Assembly (NCBI RefSeq): GCF_009914755.1
Contig: NC_060935.1
Length of the DNA stretch: 64,000 nt
Direction: 5' to 3' (one strand)
Source: the human T2T-CHM13v2.0 reference genome, Homo sapiens
Made by a program: the position numbers and the translations under genes. Under the pieces are notes generated by a model. The model did no database searches. It was not told the DNA's origin and was given only the letters and a program-made list of their open reading frames with translations. Shown piece after piece: positions 1 to 13,210 of this stretch; the stretch's first letter is position 1; each line of letters begins with the position of its first letter.

Positions 1-639
1 GTTGGGCAGGAAGAACCAGAAAACTGGGGAGGAGCCAGAGTCCTCAGAGGGCATTTAAATTCAGGCTGGGGAAGCCAAGATCCTTCCACAAATGCGCAGA
101 GCAGGTACAGGGATGGAAGCGGGGCAAAGCTCAGGTCAGAAGTAGGTGGGAGGTCAGAGAGGTGGGAGAGTCCCTGGGCAGTTGCGGGGATTTTTTTCCT
201 GGATTCTCAGCAGCTGCCTTGGTCAGCTGTTTCCTGGAGAAGTTGGACAGAGTGGGCAGGAACTGTCACTAGGGCATCAAAATTACTCTTCCCCTGGCTT
301 GGGCCAGAATTGTTTCCAGAACAAAGCAGAAGCTCCAAATAACTGTCAAGTGGCCGCTGGATTAGACTGCAGGGCTTGGGGGCAGGGAGCCAGGCAAGGC
401 CATCTAGACCTGGCCCACAAGGTGGGAGGGGATCCCTCCAGGGGGATGCCCCTCCGGGCCCACCTGGAAGCCCTGCATCTCCTCTTTTCCTGGCCAGACC
501 CTTCCAGGTCATGCTCATCTCACCTGTTTCAAGGATGCTTATCTGACAACTCTAGTCCTTAAGGATGAATCCTCTCCCAGACTGCCCACAGCAGTTTCTC
601 TCTGTTTCTACAGTACCAGGCTAGCTGCTTTATACACGT

Positions 640-800
640 TGTAACATTTATTTGTCAAGGCAGCCACGCGAGGTAGATGTTACACCCATTTTACAGAGAG
701 GAAAGGTGAGGCTCACACAGATTAAATAACTTTGCCAGCCTCCTGCAACTGGAAAATCTCAGGGCCAGGATTTAAAAACAGGTCTGCCTGGCTCTAAACT
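640..800 (-). mobile_element. MIR SINE fragment
   Basis: cccattttacagagaggaaaggtgaggctcacacagattaaataactttgcc matches the reverse complement of the MIR core. Confidence 0.75.
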
Positions 801-819
801 TCAAGAGACCAAGATATTC

Positions 820-1390
820 CACTTACTATGGCTGAGTAACAGATTACTCCAAAATTTAGGATGAGACGATTTATCAAGCTTATAGATTCTATGGGTCATA
901 AATTCAGACAAGGCACAGCAGGGATGACTTGTTGCTGCTCCATGATGTCTAGAGCCTCAGCCAGAAGACCTGAAGGCTAGAGGCTACACCCATCTGAAGG
1001 CCCGCCCACTCCCATATCTGGTGACTGAGGCTGGCTTGAGGCTGGGGGCCTCAGTTCCTCTCCACGTAGGTCTCTCTACAAGTCTCTCTGTATGGACTAG
1101 TTTGAGCTTCTTCACAGCATGATGGCACTGCCTCTGCCAACCCGCAAGTGAGGGTCCTTCCAAAAAGAACCAGGTGGAAAGCACCATCTTTTAAGATCTA
1201 GCCTCAGAAGATGTGCAGCTTCAGTTTTGCTACATTCTACTTGTCAAGGCAGTCACAAAAGCCCATCCAGACACTAAAGAAGGGGAAATAGACTCCCCTT
1301 TTTGATAGAGGAGTAGCAAGGTTTTGAAAGATGTGTGATCAGAACTATTATGTGGCTGATTACTTTTGGAAAACTCAATCTGCTGCATGA
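820..1390 (-). mobile_element. MLT1-family (MaLR) solo LTR, diverged
   Basis: gtaacagattactccaaaattt...ggctgggggcctcagttcctctccacgtagg...cttcacagcatg are typical MLT1 motifs; subfamily uncertain. Confidence 0.65.
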
Positions 1391-1498
1391 AGGAACCTGA
1401 AGAAACATATCCATTAGATGGTAAGCTCATGAGGACTGACCTTGTCCTAGACTTCTTGGTAACTCTCATAGGCCCAGCACATTAAGATACACATAGCA

Positions 1499-1864
<366 letters not shown>

Positions 1865-2534
1865 TTATTATTATTCTTCCAATTTTGCATTTACTGCTTT
1901 CTCTTTTACGATTAAGCTGAAACGGTCCATCTAATGTAGAGGTTCTTTTGCTTCAAGGTTTGTTTCTTCCATCAGAGATCCAGCAGGATACCATTTTATT
2001 ATGGGCATCTGCTTCATGTTTTGCAGGAGTCTGTAGGAACGTTCTTGAAAGTCTCAAAGACATGCCTTCAAACTTCCATCAGGGCCTTCCATTCTTAGGA
2101 CAACATTACCCTTCTGCCTTGCCCAGCCATGATCAAAGCATGTTTCCCCCCCCGCCCACTTGGAATTTGCATGGACTCTGCATGGAGGTGACAGGGGATC
2201 CTGCAACGATAGTCTAGGGGCTTGTTGTGGAATAAGTATAGGCTTCAATCATAAAGGGAGAATATGGGTAAGACCAGGATAGTGATCCTTTGCTAATATA
2301 TGTATTTTTTGTCTGTCTTTCCTTTTTTCTTCTTTTTTGTAACTTTTCCCCTCCCTCTCTTTCTCCAAAATGCAATTCTGGCTTTGTTTGTAGCTCAGTA
2401 CTCCCCAAACTGATCTCCAATTCTGTGAAAAATCACAGCCCTGCCTTCATCTTATTGCTCAGCGTGCTGCTGCTGAGAGTTGCTGCAGAAGGAACCCTGA
2501 TCCGGCAGCTTAGCTGGATGGGTAGAGCCAGATG

Positions 2535-2723
2535 GGGAGTGGGAGGAGGGAGAACATAGGGACGAACAGCCAATGGATGCTGGGCTTAATACCTAGATGA
2601 TGGGATGATCTGTGCAGCAAACCACCAGGACACATGTCTACCTATGTAACAAACCTGCACATGCTGCACATGTACCCCTGAACTTAAAATAAAAGATGAA
2701 GATTAAAAATTAAAAAAAAAAAA
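2535..2723 (+). mobile_element. L1PA 3' end fragment (about L1PA10-13)
   Basis: gggcttaatacctag...aacaaacctgcacatg...tacccctgaacttaaaataaaa followed by an A tail. Confidence 0.85.
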
Positions 2724-2749
2724 ACCTTTGGTCATACTTTCAGAACATT

Positions 2750-2825
2750 TTCTCTCTTTCTCTCTCTCTCTCTCTCTTTGTGTGTGTGTGTGTGTGCGTA
2801 TGAGTTTGTATATATACACATACAC
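2750..2825. repeat. (TC)n(TG)n compound microsatellite
   Basis: Visible dinucleotide runs. Confidence 0.9.
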
Positions 2826-3188
2826 AGGTACAAAATATTTTTAACAAAATAAATATGGTTTATACTTTACAAACGGGTAACTGGCTTCCTGTGCCTCCCC
2901 TGATTTAACTATGAACACATATTTTCATCAATAAACATTCCTCTTTGGCAGTGATATGAAGAGTGATTATCCATTTTATGGGTGTAGCATGATTTATTTT
3001 ACTAATCCCTATTTTAAGATGTTTAGATTTTCTTATTCTCTATTAGAGTCAATAGCATGATGAACATTCTGTCAGCTAAATCTCTATCTCTTTTTTCCTC
3101 AGTATGTATTTCTAAAATCATAATACATTTAGTTAAAGGATATATATACACAACGTGCATATATATGTATGTATATATATTAAAGAAC

Positions 3189-3476
3189 TTTTTTTTCTTT
3201 GAGACAGGGTCTCACTCTGTTACGCAGGCTGGAGTGCAGTGGTGGGGTCTCAGCTCACTGCAACCTCTGCCTCCCGGGCTCAAGTGATCCTCTCGCCTCA
3301 GCCTCCTGAGTAGCTGGGACTACAAGCACGTACCATTAAGCCTGACTAAGTTTTGTATGTTTTGTAGGGACAGGGTTTCATCATGTTTCCCAGGCCGGTC
3401 TCCTGAGCTCAAGTGATCCACCCACCTTGGCCTCCCAAAGTGCTGAGATCACAGGCATGAGCCACTGTGCCCAGCC
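3189..3476 (-). mobile_element. AluJ (Jb-like)
   Basis: Poly-T then gagacagggtctcactctg...gagccactgtgcccagcc; TSD TAAAGAAC on both sides. Confidence 0.92.
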
Positions 3477-3559
3477 TAAAGAACATTTCTGAAAAAGCTT
3501 AAAAACTGTCTCCCAAAAATTTGTAATTTATGTAATAGCAGCAGTGCTTGGGGATGCTA

Positions 3560-3780
3560 ATAAATCATCATTAACACTTAGTGCTTTCCATGTGACAAAC
3601 ACCTGTAAAGGTTTTACAGACATCATCTCAATCTCTCCACTGACCCTAAGAGAGGACATCATTATTTCCGTTTCATAGGTGGGAAAACTGAGGACCAGAT
3701 GGACAAAGTAACTTCCTCAAAGTCATGCAGCCAGGAAATGGCAGATATGCGATTCAAGCCCAGCTCAGACTGACTGCAAA
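3560..3780 (-). mobile_element. MIR
   Basis: aaactgaggaccagatggacaaagtaacttcctcaaagtcatgcagc. Confidence 0.7.
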
Positions 3781-4556
3781 AACCCTCCTCTCCTTTACCT
3801 ACCCAGCCTCCCACTTGCACATTCATAAAAACTGGTATCTTAAAAAGTACCTGATTTTTTTTCACTACCAAACTAAGTGTTCTTACTCTTTTTTGGCTGC
3901 AGTTTCCACAGACTGAAGAGGCTCTAAATGACTACGAACAGATTTTTGTTGCCAAAGAATTAATTTGATCCTCCACCCCCTCCCTCTCACTCAAAAAGCA
4001 CACAACAAAATGATTTTAGCAGCGGGGATAATTACAGAAAATGTGGTATTAACTCAAATGGAATACAAATATTTTAGATTTTTTATTGTGCTCCAAGACC
4101 ACTGGAGTGGAAAGAAAAGAGTGAAATATGCCTCAGCAGACATAAGGAGAGAGCAGACACCAAGCTGAGAACCCTACGGTCACTCTCTGTGCTTGCACTT
4201 TTGATGATCTCAAAGAGAAGCAATCTTGTGATTTGAGCCTGGATCATAGCAGGAGCTGAAGCCCGTTGGAATCACTGGGTAGACTCAGAAGGAAAGGCTA
4301 ACCTGGCAAAGACACAGGTGAAGGCAAGGCCCTCCTCCTCTGGCGCCTTCCTTGCCTGGCTGCTGTCCTTTCTCTCTGATGTGCCCTTAACCTCAGCCCC
4401 ATCTGGGTTTAAACTTCAAGGACTGCAGAAGACCTTTGATGAAGTGTTGGTGGCTCTGCAGGGCAAGCCATACTCACACCAGTAGTCCAGGTTATAGACC
4501 TGTAGAGGCTGGAGGACTCCATCAGTTAGTTCTCCTTGACATGGACCGGTCTTGTA

Positions 4557-4805
4557 CTTTCTTTACTTTTTTTTCTTTAGAGTCAAGAGTCTTGCTCAGT
4601 CACCCAGGCTGGAGTGCAGTGGTGCAATCGTGACTCACTGCAGCCTTAAACTTGTGGATTCCCACTATCCCCCCACATCAGCCTCCCAAGAAGCTGAGAC
4701 TACATTACCCCTGGACAATTTATTATTTTATTTTTTTAAGATATGGGGTCTTGCTGTGTTTCCCAGGCTGGTCTCAAACTCCTTACCTCAAGAAATTCTC
4801 CAACT
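4557..4805 (-). mobile_element. Truncated, diverged AluJ
   Basis: cacccaggctggagtgcagtggtgcaatc...cccaggctggtctcaaactcc; 5' end missing. Confidence 0.85.
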
Positions 4806-4859
4806 AGGCAGCCTTTTTGCCTCAGGGCTCTTTGCTCCTCAAACCCACTAAGCCTTTTT

Positions 4860-5225
4860 TCTGCCTTAGGCCTCTTTGCATTTGAGTTCTCCATACCTGA
4901 GAGCCTACTCTTTGCCTAGATCTTTGCATTTGTACCTACTTCTCTTTACTGTCATGTGAAATCAAAAGTACCTTCCTCAGTTTTCCCTGACTACCCTATC
5001 TAAAGCGGGACTCCCCTGCCCCAGCAAGTAACCCAATGCCTTTACTTATCATCTTTATATCACTTACCACTACCAGAAATTTTTTTTGTTTACATGTTGT
5101 TTACTTGCTTAGTACTTCCTCTCCCAAATGTAAACACTAGGGGTTTTATTTGCTTTTCTACTTCTGATTCTCAAGGCTTAAGCCAGGCCCTGGCTTGAGG
5201 GATGCAATGCATTTATTGAATAAGC
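4860..5225 (+). mobile_element. L2 3' fragment
   Basis: ttccctgactaccctatctaaag...atcacttaccactacc...tttattgaataa. Confidence 0.55.
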
Positions 5226-5316
5226 CAATGAGAACAATATTACCAACTTTATAGTTTTCCTCAGAGGCAGCCTTGAATATTGCAGACACACCTATACTTT
5301 AGCCTATACTTTAGAG

Positions 5317-5537
5317 CAAGGTTCAGCAAACTACAGCCCATGGGTCAAATCTGGCCCACCATCTGTTTATATAAAGTTTTATTGGAACACGGTCATGCTG
5401 ATTTCTTTTCACACAGTATCTATGGCTGCTTTCACTCTGCAACAGCAGAGTTAAGTAGTTGTGACAGAGATCATACGGTCTGCAAAGCTGAAAATATTTA
5501 CATCTGGCATTTTGTAGGAAAAGTCTGTGAACCTTTG
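5317..5537. mobile_element. MER58A-like hAT-Charlie MITE
   Basis: Termini caaggttcagcaaact...tgtgaacctttg; perfect 8-bp TSD CTTTAGAG at 5309-5316 and 5538-5545. Confidence 0.88.
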
Positions 5538-6699
5538 CTTTAGAGGGAAGATTCCCTGGATTACCACAGACCTTTATTTCATGTGAGTTGATGCCCTGAT
5601 GGTAAGATGCCACATTGCTTTCTCTCACAGAGGCCTCTTTCATGTCAGCATCTTTAGATAGGCAACTCAATCTTTCTGTTCATGAAAATATTGGCCTTGG
5701 CAATCTGCTTAATTCAGGTGGAAAACTACTGTGACTGGAATTATCCAGAGAGCAGAGATCGGTGTGTTTTCTCTAATTGTTAATTATGAGAATGACACAT
5801 GGTATGGGCCACTCTGCTTGTCTGTCTTTTTATATAGAGGAAGGGTTTAGCAAGGCACCTTGGTGGCATGAAAGATAGACTTTAAGTGTAATATTTTATT
5901 ATTTTTATTATTTCCCTTTGCTTAGATCTCTATAAGAATCATGATGTTTCCAAGGCAGCACATGGTTTGGGGAAATTGGAGAGAATACTCCCGATGGAAA
6001 GGGATAACATCACAGCTGCCACAACAATGCTATCCAGTGAGCAAATGTCGGATGTTCAGAGGGACCAAGTCATCTTGATTAGAATCGTGGAGGTATGAGT
6101 TTCAAAGTGGAATAATCTCATATTTAATAAATTTGCAATCTCTTCACAGTGCACTGGAAAAGGGAACATGCTTAAAATAATTCCAGGGACTTGGCTCCTG
6201 GGCTTATTCAGATATCGGAATGATTGTCAGGGACTGGTTTATTGTCTTGCTAGGATGAAGTAGATGCTTTTAAATCTCTTTTCTATTGTGCATGTCTGTG
6301 GGAACACATGTTTGCTCTTCTTTTTCACCCAAAATATTAAAAAGCTGTTCAAATTGCCAGATCATTTTCTCCAAGATGACACTTATTTATTTACAAAAAT
6401 CTTTAAAATGTTATTACAAAGAATGTGTTTATTGTAGAAAAACCAGAACACATAGTTATTTTAATACAAGAAAGCAAAAAAAAAAAAAAATCAAACCACC
6501 TCTCTGTGATAACCATTGTTAATATTTTGTTATAAGCCCTCCCATACTTTTCCCTATGGACTAAAATAAAAAATACAAAGGTATATATATCCATGTATGT
6601 GTATTAGACATGCATAATACTATAAATACTATTCTCTAATCTGCTTTATTTTTCACTGAATGGCATATTATGGATTTTTATAGTCTACTGAAATCAGAA

Positions 6700-7040
6700 T
6701 AATGTGGTGGTTGACATCACATTCTCTGAAGTCTGGTTGTCTTGTTTGAGATTTGACTCTATCAATTACTAGCTGTATGATCTCGGGCAAGTTACATAAT
6801 TGCTATGGTGCATCAGTTTCCTCATCTGTAAAATGAAGATGATAATGATGGAATATACTAACTATATGATAATGATGGAATATACTAACTATATGATAAT
6901 GATGGAATATACTAACTATAAGATAATGATGGAATATACTAACTATAGGTTGTTGTGAGGGTTAAATATGTTAATGCCAAAAAAATTCCATAATACAGTT
7001 CCCAGCATAGGAGATGCTCTTGTTAAATGTTAGCTATGAT
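6700..7040 (+). mobile_element. MIR containing an internal tandem repeat
   Basis: ctagctgtatgatctcgggcaagttac...cagtttcctcatctgtaaaatg...gttgtgagggttaaat. Confidence 0.8.
6841..6947. repeat. 27-bp minisatellite, 4 copies (GATAATGATGGAATATACTAACTATAT)
   Basis: Units start at 6841, 6868, 6895 and 6922 and differ only at the last base. Confidence 0.95.
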
Positions 7041-8414
7041 TATCTTTCCATGTTAACTCATGTATTGCCACATCATTATTTTATTGGCTGCAGATGATAC
7101 TAATGTATTTATGTATGGGAACATTCTTTTCTGCTTTTCATTTGGTGTATGGTTGTGTATATGTGATTTAATGCTGGTCATGCTTTAATGCTCTTATTTT
7201 CTTTCTAACTTTTATTTTAGGTTCAAGGAAGACATGTACAGGTTTGTTATATGGGCAAATTATGTGTCCCAGGGTTTGGTGTACAGATAATTTTGGCCTC
7301 CAGGTAATCAGCATAATACCCAATAGGTAGTTTTCCAACCCTCGCGTCCATGTGTACTCAATGTTTAGCTCCCACTTATAAGTAAGAACATGTGGTATTT
7401 GGTTTTCTGTTCTAGTGTTAATTTACTTAGGATAATGGCCTCCAGCTCCATCCATGTTGCTGCAAAGGACATGATTTCATTTTTTAATGGCTGCACAGTA
7501 TTCCATGGTATACGTATACCACATTTTCTTTATCCAGTCTACTGTTGATGGGCATCTAGGTTGATTCCATGTCTTTGCTGTTGTGAATAGTGCTGTGATA
7601 AATATATGCATTCATTTGTCTTTATAGTAGAGAATATACTCCTTTAGGAATATACCCAATAATGGGATTGCTGGGTCGAATAGTAGTTCTATTTTAAGTT
7701 CTTTGAGAAATCTCCAGACTGCTTTCCACAGTGGCTGAACTAATTTACATTCCCACCAACAGTGTATAAGCATTCCCTTTTCTCTGCAACCTCACCAGTA
7801 TCTGTTATTTTTGACTTTTTAATGATAGCTATTTTGATTGGTGTGAGATGGTATCTCATTGTGGTTTTGATTTGCATTTACCTAATTATTAGTGATATTG
7901 AGCATTTTTTATATGCTTGTTGGCTGCATATATGTCTTCTTTTGAGAAGGCTCTGTTCATATCCTTTGCCCATTTTTTAATGGGTTTATTTGGTTTTTTT
8001 TTTCTTGTTTATTTGTTTTAGTTTTTTTTTAAAATAGATTCTGGATAGTAGACCTTTGACAAATGCATAGTTTGTAGATATTTTCTCCTATTCTGTAGGT
8101 TGACTTGATAGTTTCTTTTAGTGTACAGAAGCTCTTTAGTTTAATTAGGTCCCATTTGTCAATTTTTGTTTTTGTTGAAATAGCTTTTGAAGTCTTTGTC
8201 ATGAAGTCTTTGCCTGGGCCAATGTCAAGAATGGTATTTCCTAGATTTTCTTCTTGGGTTTTTATAGTTTTGGGTTTTTATAGTTTTAGGTTTTACCCTT
8301 AAATCTTTAATCTATCTTGAGTTGATTTTTGTATATGGTGAAAGGGAGGGGTCCAGTTTTAAATCTTTTGCATAGCTTGCCAGTTATCCCGGCACCATTT
8401 ATTGAATAGGGAGT

Positions 8415-8768
8415 TGTTTTAGTCCATTTTCACACTGCTATAAAGAACTACCTTAGACTAGGTAATTTATAAAGGAAAGAGGTTTAATTAACTCACAATT
8501 CCACATGGCTGGGGAGGCCTCAGGAAACTTACAATCATGGTGGAAGGCGAAGGGGAAGCAAGGCACGTCTTCATGGTGGCAGGAGAGAGAGAGTGAAGGA
8601 AGCCACAGATTTTTAAACTATCATATCTCTTGAGAACTCACTATCAGGAGAACAGCATGGGGGAAACTGCCTCCATGATCCAATCACCTCCCAACAGGTC
8701 CTTCCCTCGACATGTGGGGATTACAATATGAGATAAGATTTGGGTGGGGACAGAGCCAAACCATATCA
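8415..8768 (-). mobile_element. THE1D-like MaLR solo LTR nested in L1
   Basis: TG...CA termini; ggtaatttataaaggaaagaggtttaatt...ggggacagagccaaaccatatca; 5-bp TSD GGAGT at 8410-8414 and 8769-8773. Confidence 0.9.
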
Positions 8769-9041
8769 GGAGTACGTTCCCCATTGCTTGCTTTTGTCAG
8801 CTTTGTTAAAGATCAGATGGTTGAGGGTGTGCACTTTATTTCTGGGTTCCCTAAGCCTTTCCATTGGCCTGTGGTCTGCTTTTATACCAGTACCATGCTT
8901 TTTTTAGTTACAGTGGCCTTGTAGTATAGTTTGAAGTCAGGTAGTATAATGCCTCCAGCTTCTTTATTTTTTTTTTTTTTTAACCATAGGGTTGCTTTGG
9001 CCATTTGGGCTCTTTTTTGGTTTCAAATGAATTTTAGATTT

Positions 9042-9358
9042 CTTTCTTTCTTTTTTTTAATTAAAAAAATACAGAGAGGGTCTCACTCTGTCACCCAGGC
9101 TGGAGTGCTGTGGCATGATCTTGGCTCACTGCAACCTCTGCCCCCTGGCTCAAGCAGTCCTCCCACTTCAGCCTTCCAAGTAGCTGGAACCACAGGCATG
9201 CAGTACCACACCTAGCTATTTTTTTTTTTTGTATTGTTAGTAGAGATGGGGTCTTGCTATGTAACTCAGGCTAGTCTGGAACTCCTGAGCTCAAGCAGTC
9301 TGCCCACCTCAACCTCCCAAAGTGCTGAGATTATAGGTGTGAGCCACCGTGCCTGGCC
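9042..9358 (-). mobile_element. AluJ nested in L1
   Basis: Antisense Alu dimer; L1 sequence resumes after AGATTT. Confidence 0.9.
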
Positions 9359-9559
9359 AGATTTTTTTTTCTAATTCTGTGAAATGCTGAGTTTTGATGT
9401 ACATGAAATTGGAGCTGTATGGCGCATCTGAAGAGACAGCACTGAGGAATCTTTTAGCCCTCTTGCTAGAGAGGTCCTGACGATATTAGTGGGAAGGGAG
9501 AGGAAAGGATGGAAGAGTTTGTAGCTATGGATCTCAGCAGATAAGAGGTGATGCAGTGA

Positions 9560-9780
9560 CTGTGCATGAACTTTACGGGGTCTGGTCTTGACTCTACTAC
9601 TTTCTGAGGATCATATGCAACTTAGCCTCTCTAAGTCTTAATTTTCACATCTGTAAAATTAAGATTTTTTTGCTATCTACCTTTTTGGGTTCTTATAAAT
9701 TAGATCATTCATGTGAAGAGTTTAGCATTTGTCTGGTACCTGGCAAAGTCTCAGTAAATACTAGATATTATTATTTGAAA
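9560..9780 (+). mobile_element. MIR
   Basis: cttagcctctctaagtcttaattttcacatctgtaaaat. Confidence 0.65.
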
Positions 9781-9904
9781 TTGGGGGTTATCATTAAAAC
9801 ATGATGTATTCATGCATGAATATACATTCACATAGTTTAGCTATGAAACAGTCAGTTGATAAGTTGTACATTTATACAGGTATACTCTTTTTCCTTCTCT
9901 TTCC

Positions 9905-10495
9905 ATTGGTTTCTTGCTACTGTGCCTCAAATTCACACCTACTGTTTAATACTCAGCTTTGTGATGCTGGGATGGGATTCTGCAAACCCTTTTTCCTTTT
10001 GCCAAATGGATCCATATCAGATTCCGCTATTAGAAGGTGCTATGTGGAGACTGCTTCCTGGAGAAGAGAAAAGGGATATGCCTCTTCCTGTTTGCTTCCA
10101 GTTCCTGCCAGCATCACTCCAACAATGCTTCTTTGCTTTGGCAGTGGCAGTTCATTTCAGCGGAGCAGCTGGCTCCAGTCTTCATTTTTTTCCACACTCT
10201 CAGAACCAGTCCCATTGTCCCTCCTTGGTGATCCCAGCCCTGGCCTGTTGGCATACCTTCCTCAGAGGCCTGGGCTCCATCTCTGTGAAGGGTTCCTTCA
10301 TGTCTCTAGGTCCTAGTTGCCCTAGACTCTTCTCTTTGTTCCTCCAGCCATGGTGGCATAGCCACTTTGTAGTTATCTCTGTGAAACTTCAGCATTATCC
10401 TCTCTGCCATCTCAGTTCTCCAATTCCTGGTGAGCAATGATTTACACTAAATGATCTCTGTTAAAATTTCTGATGTTATTTTTGTTTCCTGAGTG
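9905..10495 (+). mobile_element. LTR33-like ERVL solo LTR
   Basis: ctttgtgatgctgggatgggattctgcaaacc...tttgcc...ggtgctatgtggagactg resembles the LTR33 5' region; LTR-like 3' end ctctgttaaaat...tttgtttcctga. Confidence 0.55.
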
Positions 10496-11149
10496 GAAAC
10501 TTCACCTTCCCTAAATAAACCAGTTGAGAATCAGTTGAGAAGGGAAGATTCATTTTATGAGTAAATGTGTCAATGTTACTCTGAAGGAAGAGTGCTGGGA
10601 GTCTAGTCTTTATCCTGATTGTACTTATTGTATAACTCTACTCATTGTAGAAGTACCGGAGCCAGCAGACCACCTGGGCCCTGAAGATGCCCTGGAGGCA
10701 TGGCCTGGGGGGACTGTGCTTTGTGGGCTACGGCTGCTTCCAAGAATGCAGGCAGGGATGAGACCTCAATGTGAGTGTCCACATTTGGGAAGCAGAATAA
10801 TCCTTTAAGGCAGACAAAGAGGAGAAGGAGGATGGAAGGAGAGAGGCCTGGAAGAGAAAGGACTACTGTGTTATCAGAGGCAGAATGCAGGGTAAAAAAT
10901 TGGTCACCAAAAGCCGGCAGAGGGTGGGGTGTGGAGAGGGAGAGAGTCACGGAAACTATTAGTCTTGGTAATAGGACAGTTTCAGCCTTTCATTATTTAC
11001 TGATAATAAAAAAGGCCTGCACAATAGATTGGTCAACACCACTTTCCTGCTTCATTGGTTTCCAAAGGGATTTGATGCTTCCCTACTGAGAGATTATTTC
11101 TAGGAGCCCGTTTCAGGTCACTCACCATAATGTCCTCACTCAGTGATCA

Positions 11150-11241
11150 GCTGTGTTTGTCTCCCTGTATGTCTGTCTGTCTCTCTCCGTTTGTGTGTCT
11201 GTTTCTTTCTTTCTCTTTCTCTGTCTCTCTGTCTTTCTCTG

Positions 11242-11294
<53 letters not shown>

Positions 11295-11312
11295 AACACA
11301 CACACACATACA
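11150..11312. repeat. (TC/TG)-rich tract followed by (TC)n(CA)n microsatellite
   Basis: Direct inspection. Confidence 0.9.
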
Positions 11313-11717
11313 CCCATGCTTCTTTATCTATATCTACTGGGAGCACTGGAAATCCTGCCCCAGCAGTGGTCCTGCCCAGAGGGGATCTGACCAGCCAGGC
11401 TTCAAGAGAGCAGTGGATGAGGCTGCCATTGCCCTCTGACCCTCAGCTGTCTGGATGCACAATAAAGGATGCCTTTATTGAGTTCAAAGAGCCAGGTGGT
11501 GCTGCTGATGGGGAGAAGGCAGAGTGACTCTGGATGGGAAGAGGTGGATGGCTCTCACCACCAGGCAACCTGGTGTGGGGTTTTATGAGCCGAAGCAGAG
11601 AAGCTCCTGCCCCTGGCTTAAAAATTGACTATCCTGGCTAAAAACAAAATATTCCCTTTGCTTCTTCAGAGAAGATTCAACAGGAAGGACAATAGCATCT
11701 AGTGCCTCCATTGAGAT

Positions 11718-12180
11718 TTTTTAAAAATAAACTTTTTATTTTGGAATAATTTCACTTTTACAGAAAATTTACAAATTAATACGAAGAGTTCTCATGTTCC
11801 CCTCTCCTAGTTTTCCCTATTGTTAACATCTTACATCACCACAGTACGTTCAGAAAAACTAAGGAACAAACATTGACAGGTTACTATTGTTAGTTAAACT
11901 CTATAATCTTTATTCAGGTTTCACTAGCTTTTCCATGAATGTCCCTTTTTCGGTTCCAGGATTTCATCCAGCATATCAGATTACATTTAGTTGTTGTGTC
12001 TTCTTAGTTATAATTTTCCAGTCTTTCCTTATTTTGATACTTTGATAATTTTGAGAAGTATTGGTCAGGTACTTTATATAATGTCCCTCCATTTGGGTTT
12101 GCAAAGTATTTTTTTCATGATTACACTGGGGTTATGGGTTTCTGGGAGGAAGACCACCAAGGTAAAGTGTCCTCTCATCA
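11718..12180 (-). mobile_element. Old L1M (L1MC/MD-like) 3'UTR fragment
   Basis: tttttattttggaataatttcactttta cagaaaatttacaaa...ttggtcaggtactttatataatgtccctccatttgggtttg. Confidence 0.7.
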
Positions 12181-12394
12181 CAACCTGTGGGATGTACCCA
12201 GGTGCTGTCCACATGATTTACCTGTGGTTCCACCATGATTTGAAGGCAGAGGGCAGGCTCTGAGAAGCCTCCTACAGGATGAGGGTCTTGATTCAGAGTC
12301 CTTCCCTCTGGATGCACAAGACCATGGATTGCTGATCAAGAAGGACCCTGCAAAGCTGGAGATGGGGTGGAGTGGGGCAGTGCTGCACATGGGA

Positions 12395-12600
12395 AGAGCA
12401 ACAGACTAGAAGCCAGGTCTGTCTGGCACTAGTCCTGACTTCACCGCTTCTGAGCTGCGTGATGTTGAGTGAGAGTCTTTAACCTCCCTGGCCTCAGTTT
12501 CCTCATTCACCAATCAGTATGTAACCCCTTCCCCTCCCTTCCTTCTAGGGTTGGCAACTGGATCAAATGACATTAGATTTGAAAAGACTTTAAAAAGTAT
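12395..12600 (+). mobile_element. MIR
   Basis: tttaacctccctggcctcagtttcctcatt. Confidence 0.65.
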
Positions 12601-12764
12601 AAAAGACAGTACATAGATGGGAAGTCAGTCTTTAAGCCTGCTTTGGATTTTCCAGCATTTCAGCTCCAGCAGGAGGAGAAAGATTTACTTTCTATTTACT
12701 TATCACTGTTAACAAGCAAACACATACAAGTCATATGGGTGTGTGTGTGTGTGTGTAATCTTTT

Positions 12765-13210
12765 AACTTTTTTAAAAGTCTGATTTATTGAAATATATTT
12801 ACATACAGTAAAATTCATCCTTCTTATGTGTACAGTTCTGAGTTTTGACAAAAAATACAATCATGTAATCCTTACCACAATTAAGATAGAGAACACGAGA
12901 CATAGAATGCTTCCATGACCTCTTCACCCCCAAATTCCCTCACACTTCTGTCATCAACCCATTCCCCTACTCTTAGCCCCTGGCAATATTGACCTGTTTT
13001 TTGTTCCTATTTTCTACAATGTCATATGAATTGAATCATGTTGCCTTTATTGTTTTTAGTTCTAAAAACAACATTATTGAGGTATAACTGATATACAATA
13101 AAATGCACATACAAAAGTATACAACACGTAAGTCTTGGTTATGTATACATTTGTGATATCATCCCCACAATCAGGACAGTGAACATATACCCATCACCCT
13201 AAAAGTGTCC
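12765..13210 (-). mobile_element. Two abutting old L1M 3'-end fragments
   Basis: tttattgaaatatatttacatacagtaaaattc... and a second start at attattgaggtataactgatatacaataaaatgcac. Confidence 0.7.

Larger units (their letters stand above)
7195..9385 (-). mobile_element. L1PA15/16-like 3' portion (3'UTR and ORF2 C-terminus), interrupted by a THE1 LTR and an AluJ
   Basis: tttagctcccacttataagt, gtgagatggtatctcattgtggttttgatttgcattt, cagaagctctttagtttaattaggtccca, gtagtatagtttgaagtcaggtag. Confidence 0.9.

Noticed and set aside
6841-6947. CRISPR-like array
   Set aside because: Head-to-tail units without spacers, inside a MIR, in human DNA
9801-10440. Overlapping 171-aa and 194-aa ORFs
   Set aside because: Lie in an LTR33-like repeat; no protein homology or splice context
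11130-11527. ORFs with SLSL/THTH runs (similar ones at 46176-46507, 50251-50505, 56570-56950, 60099-60585)
   Set aside because: Translations of microsatellites and low-complexity DNA
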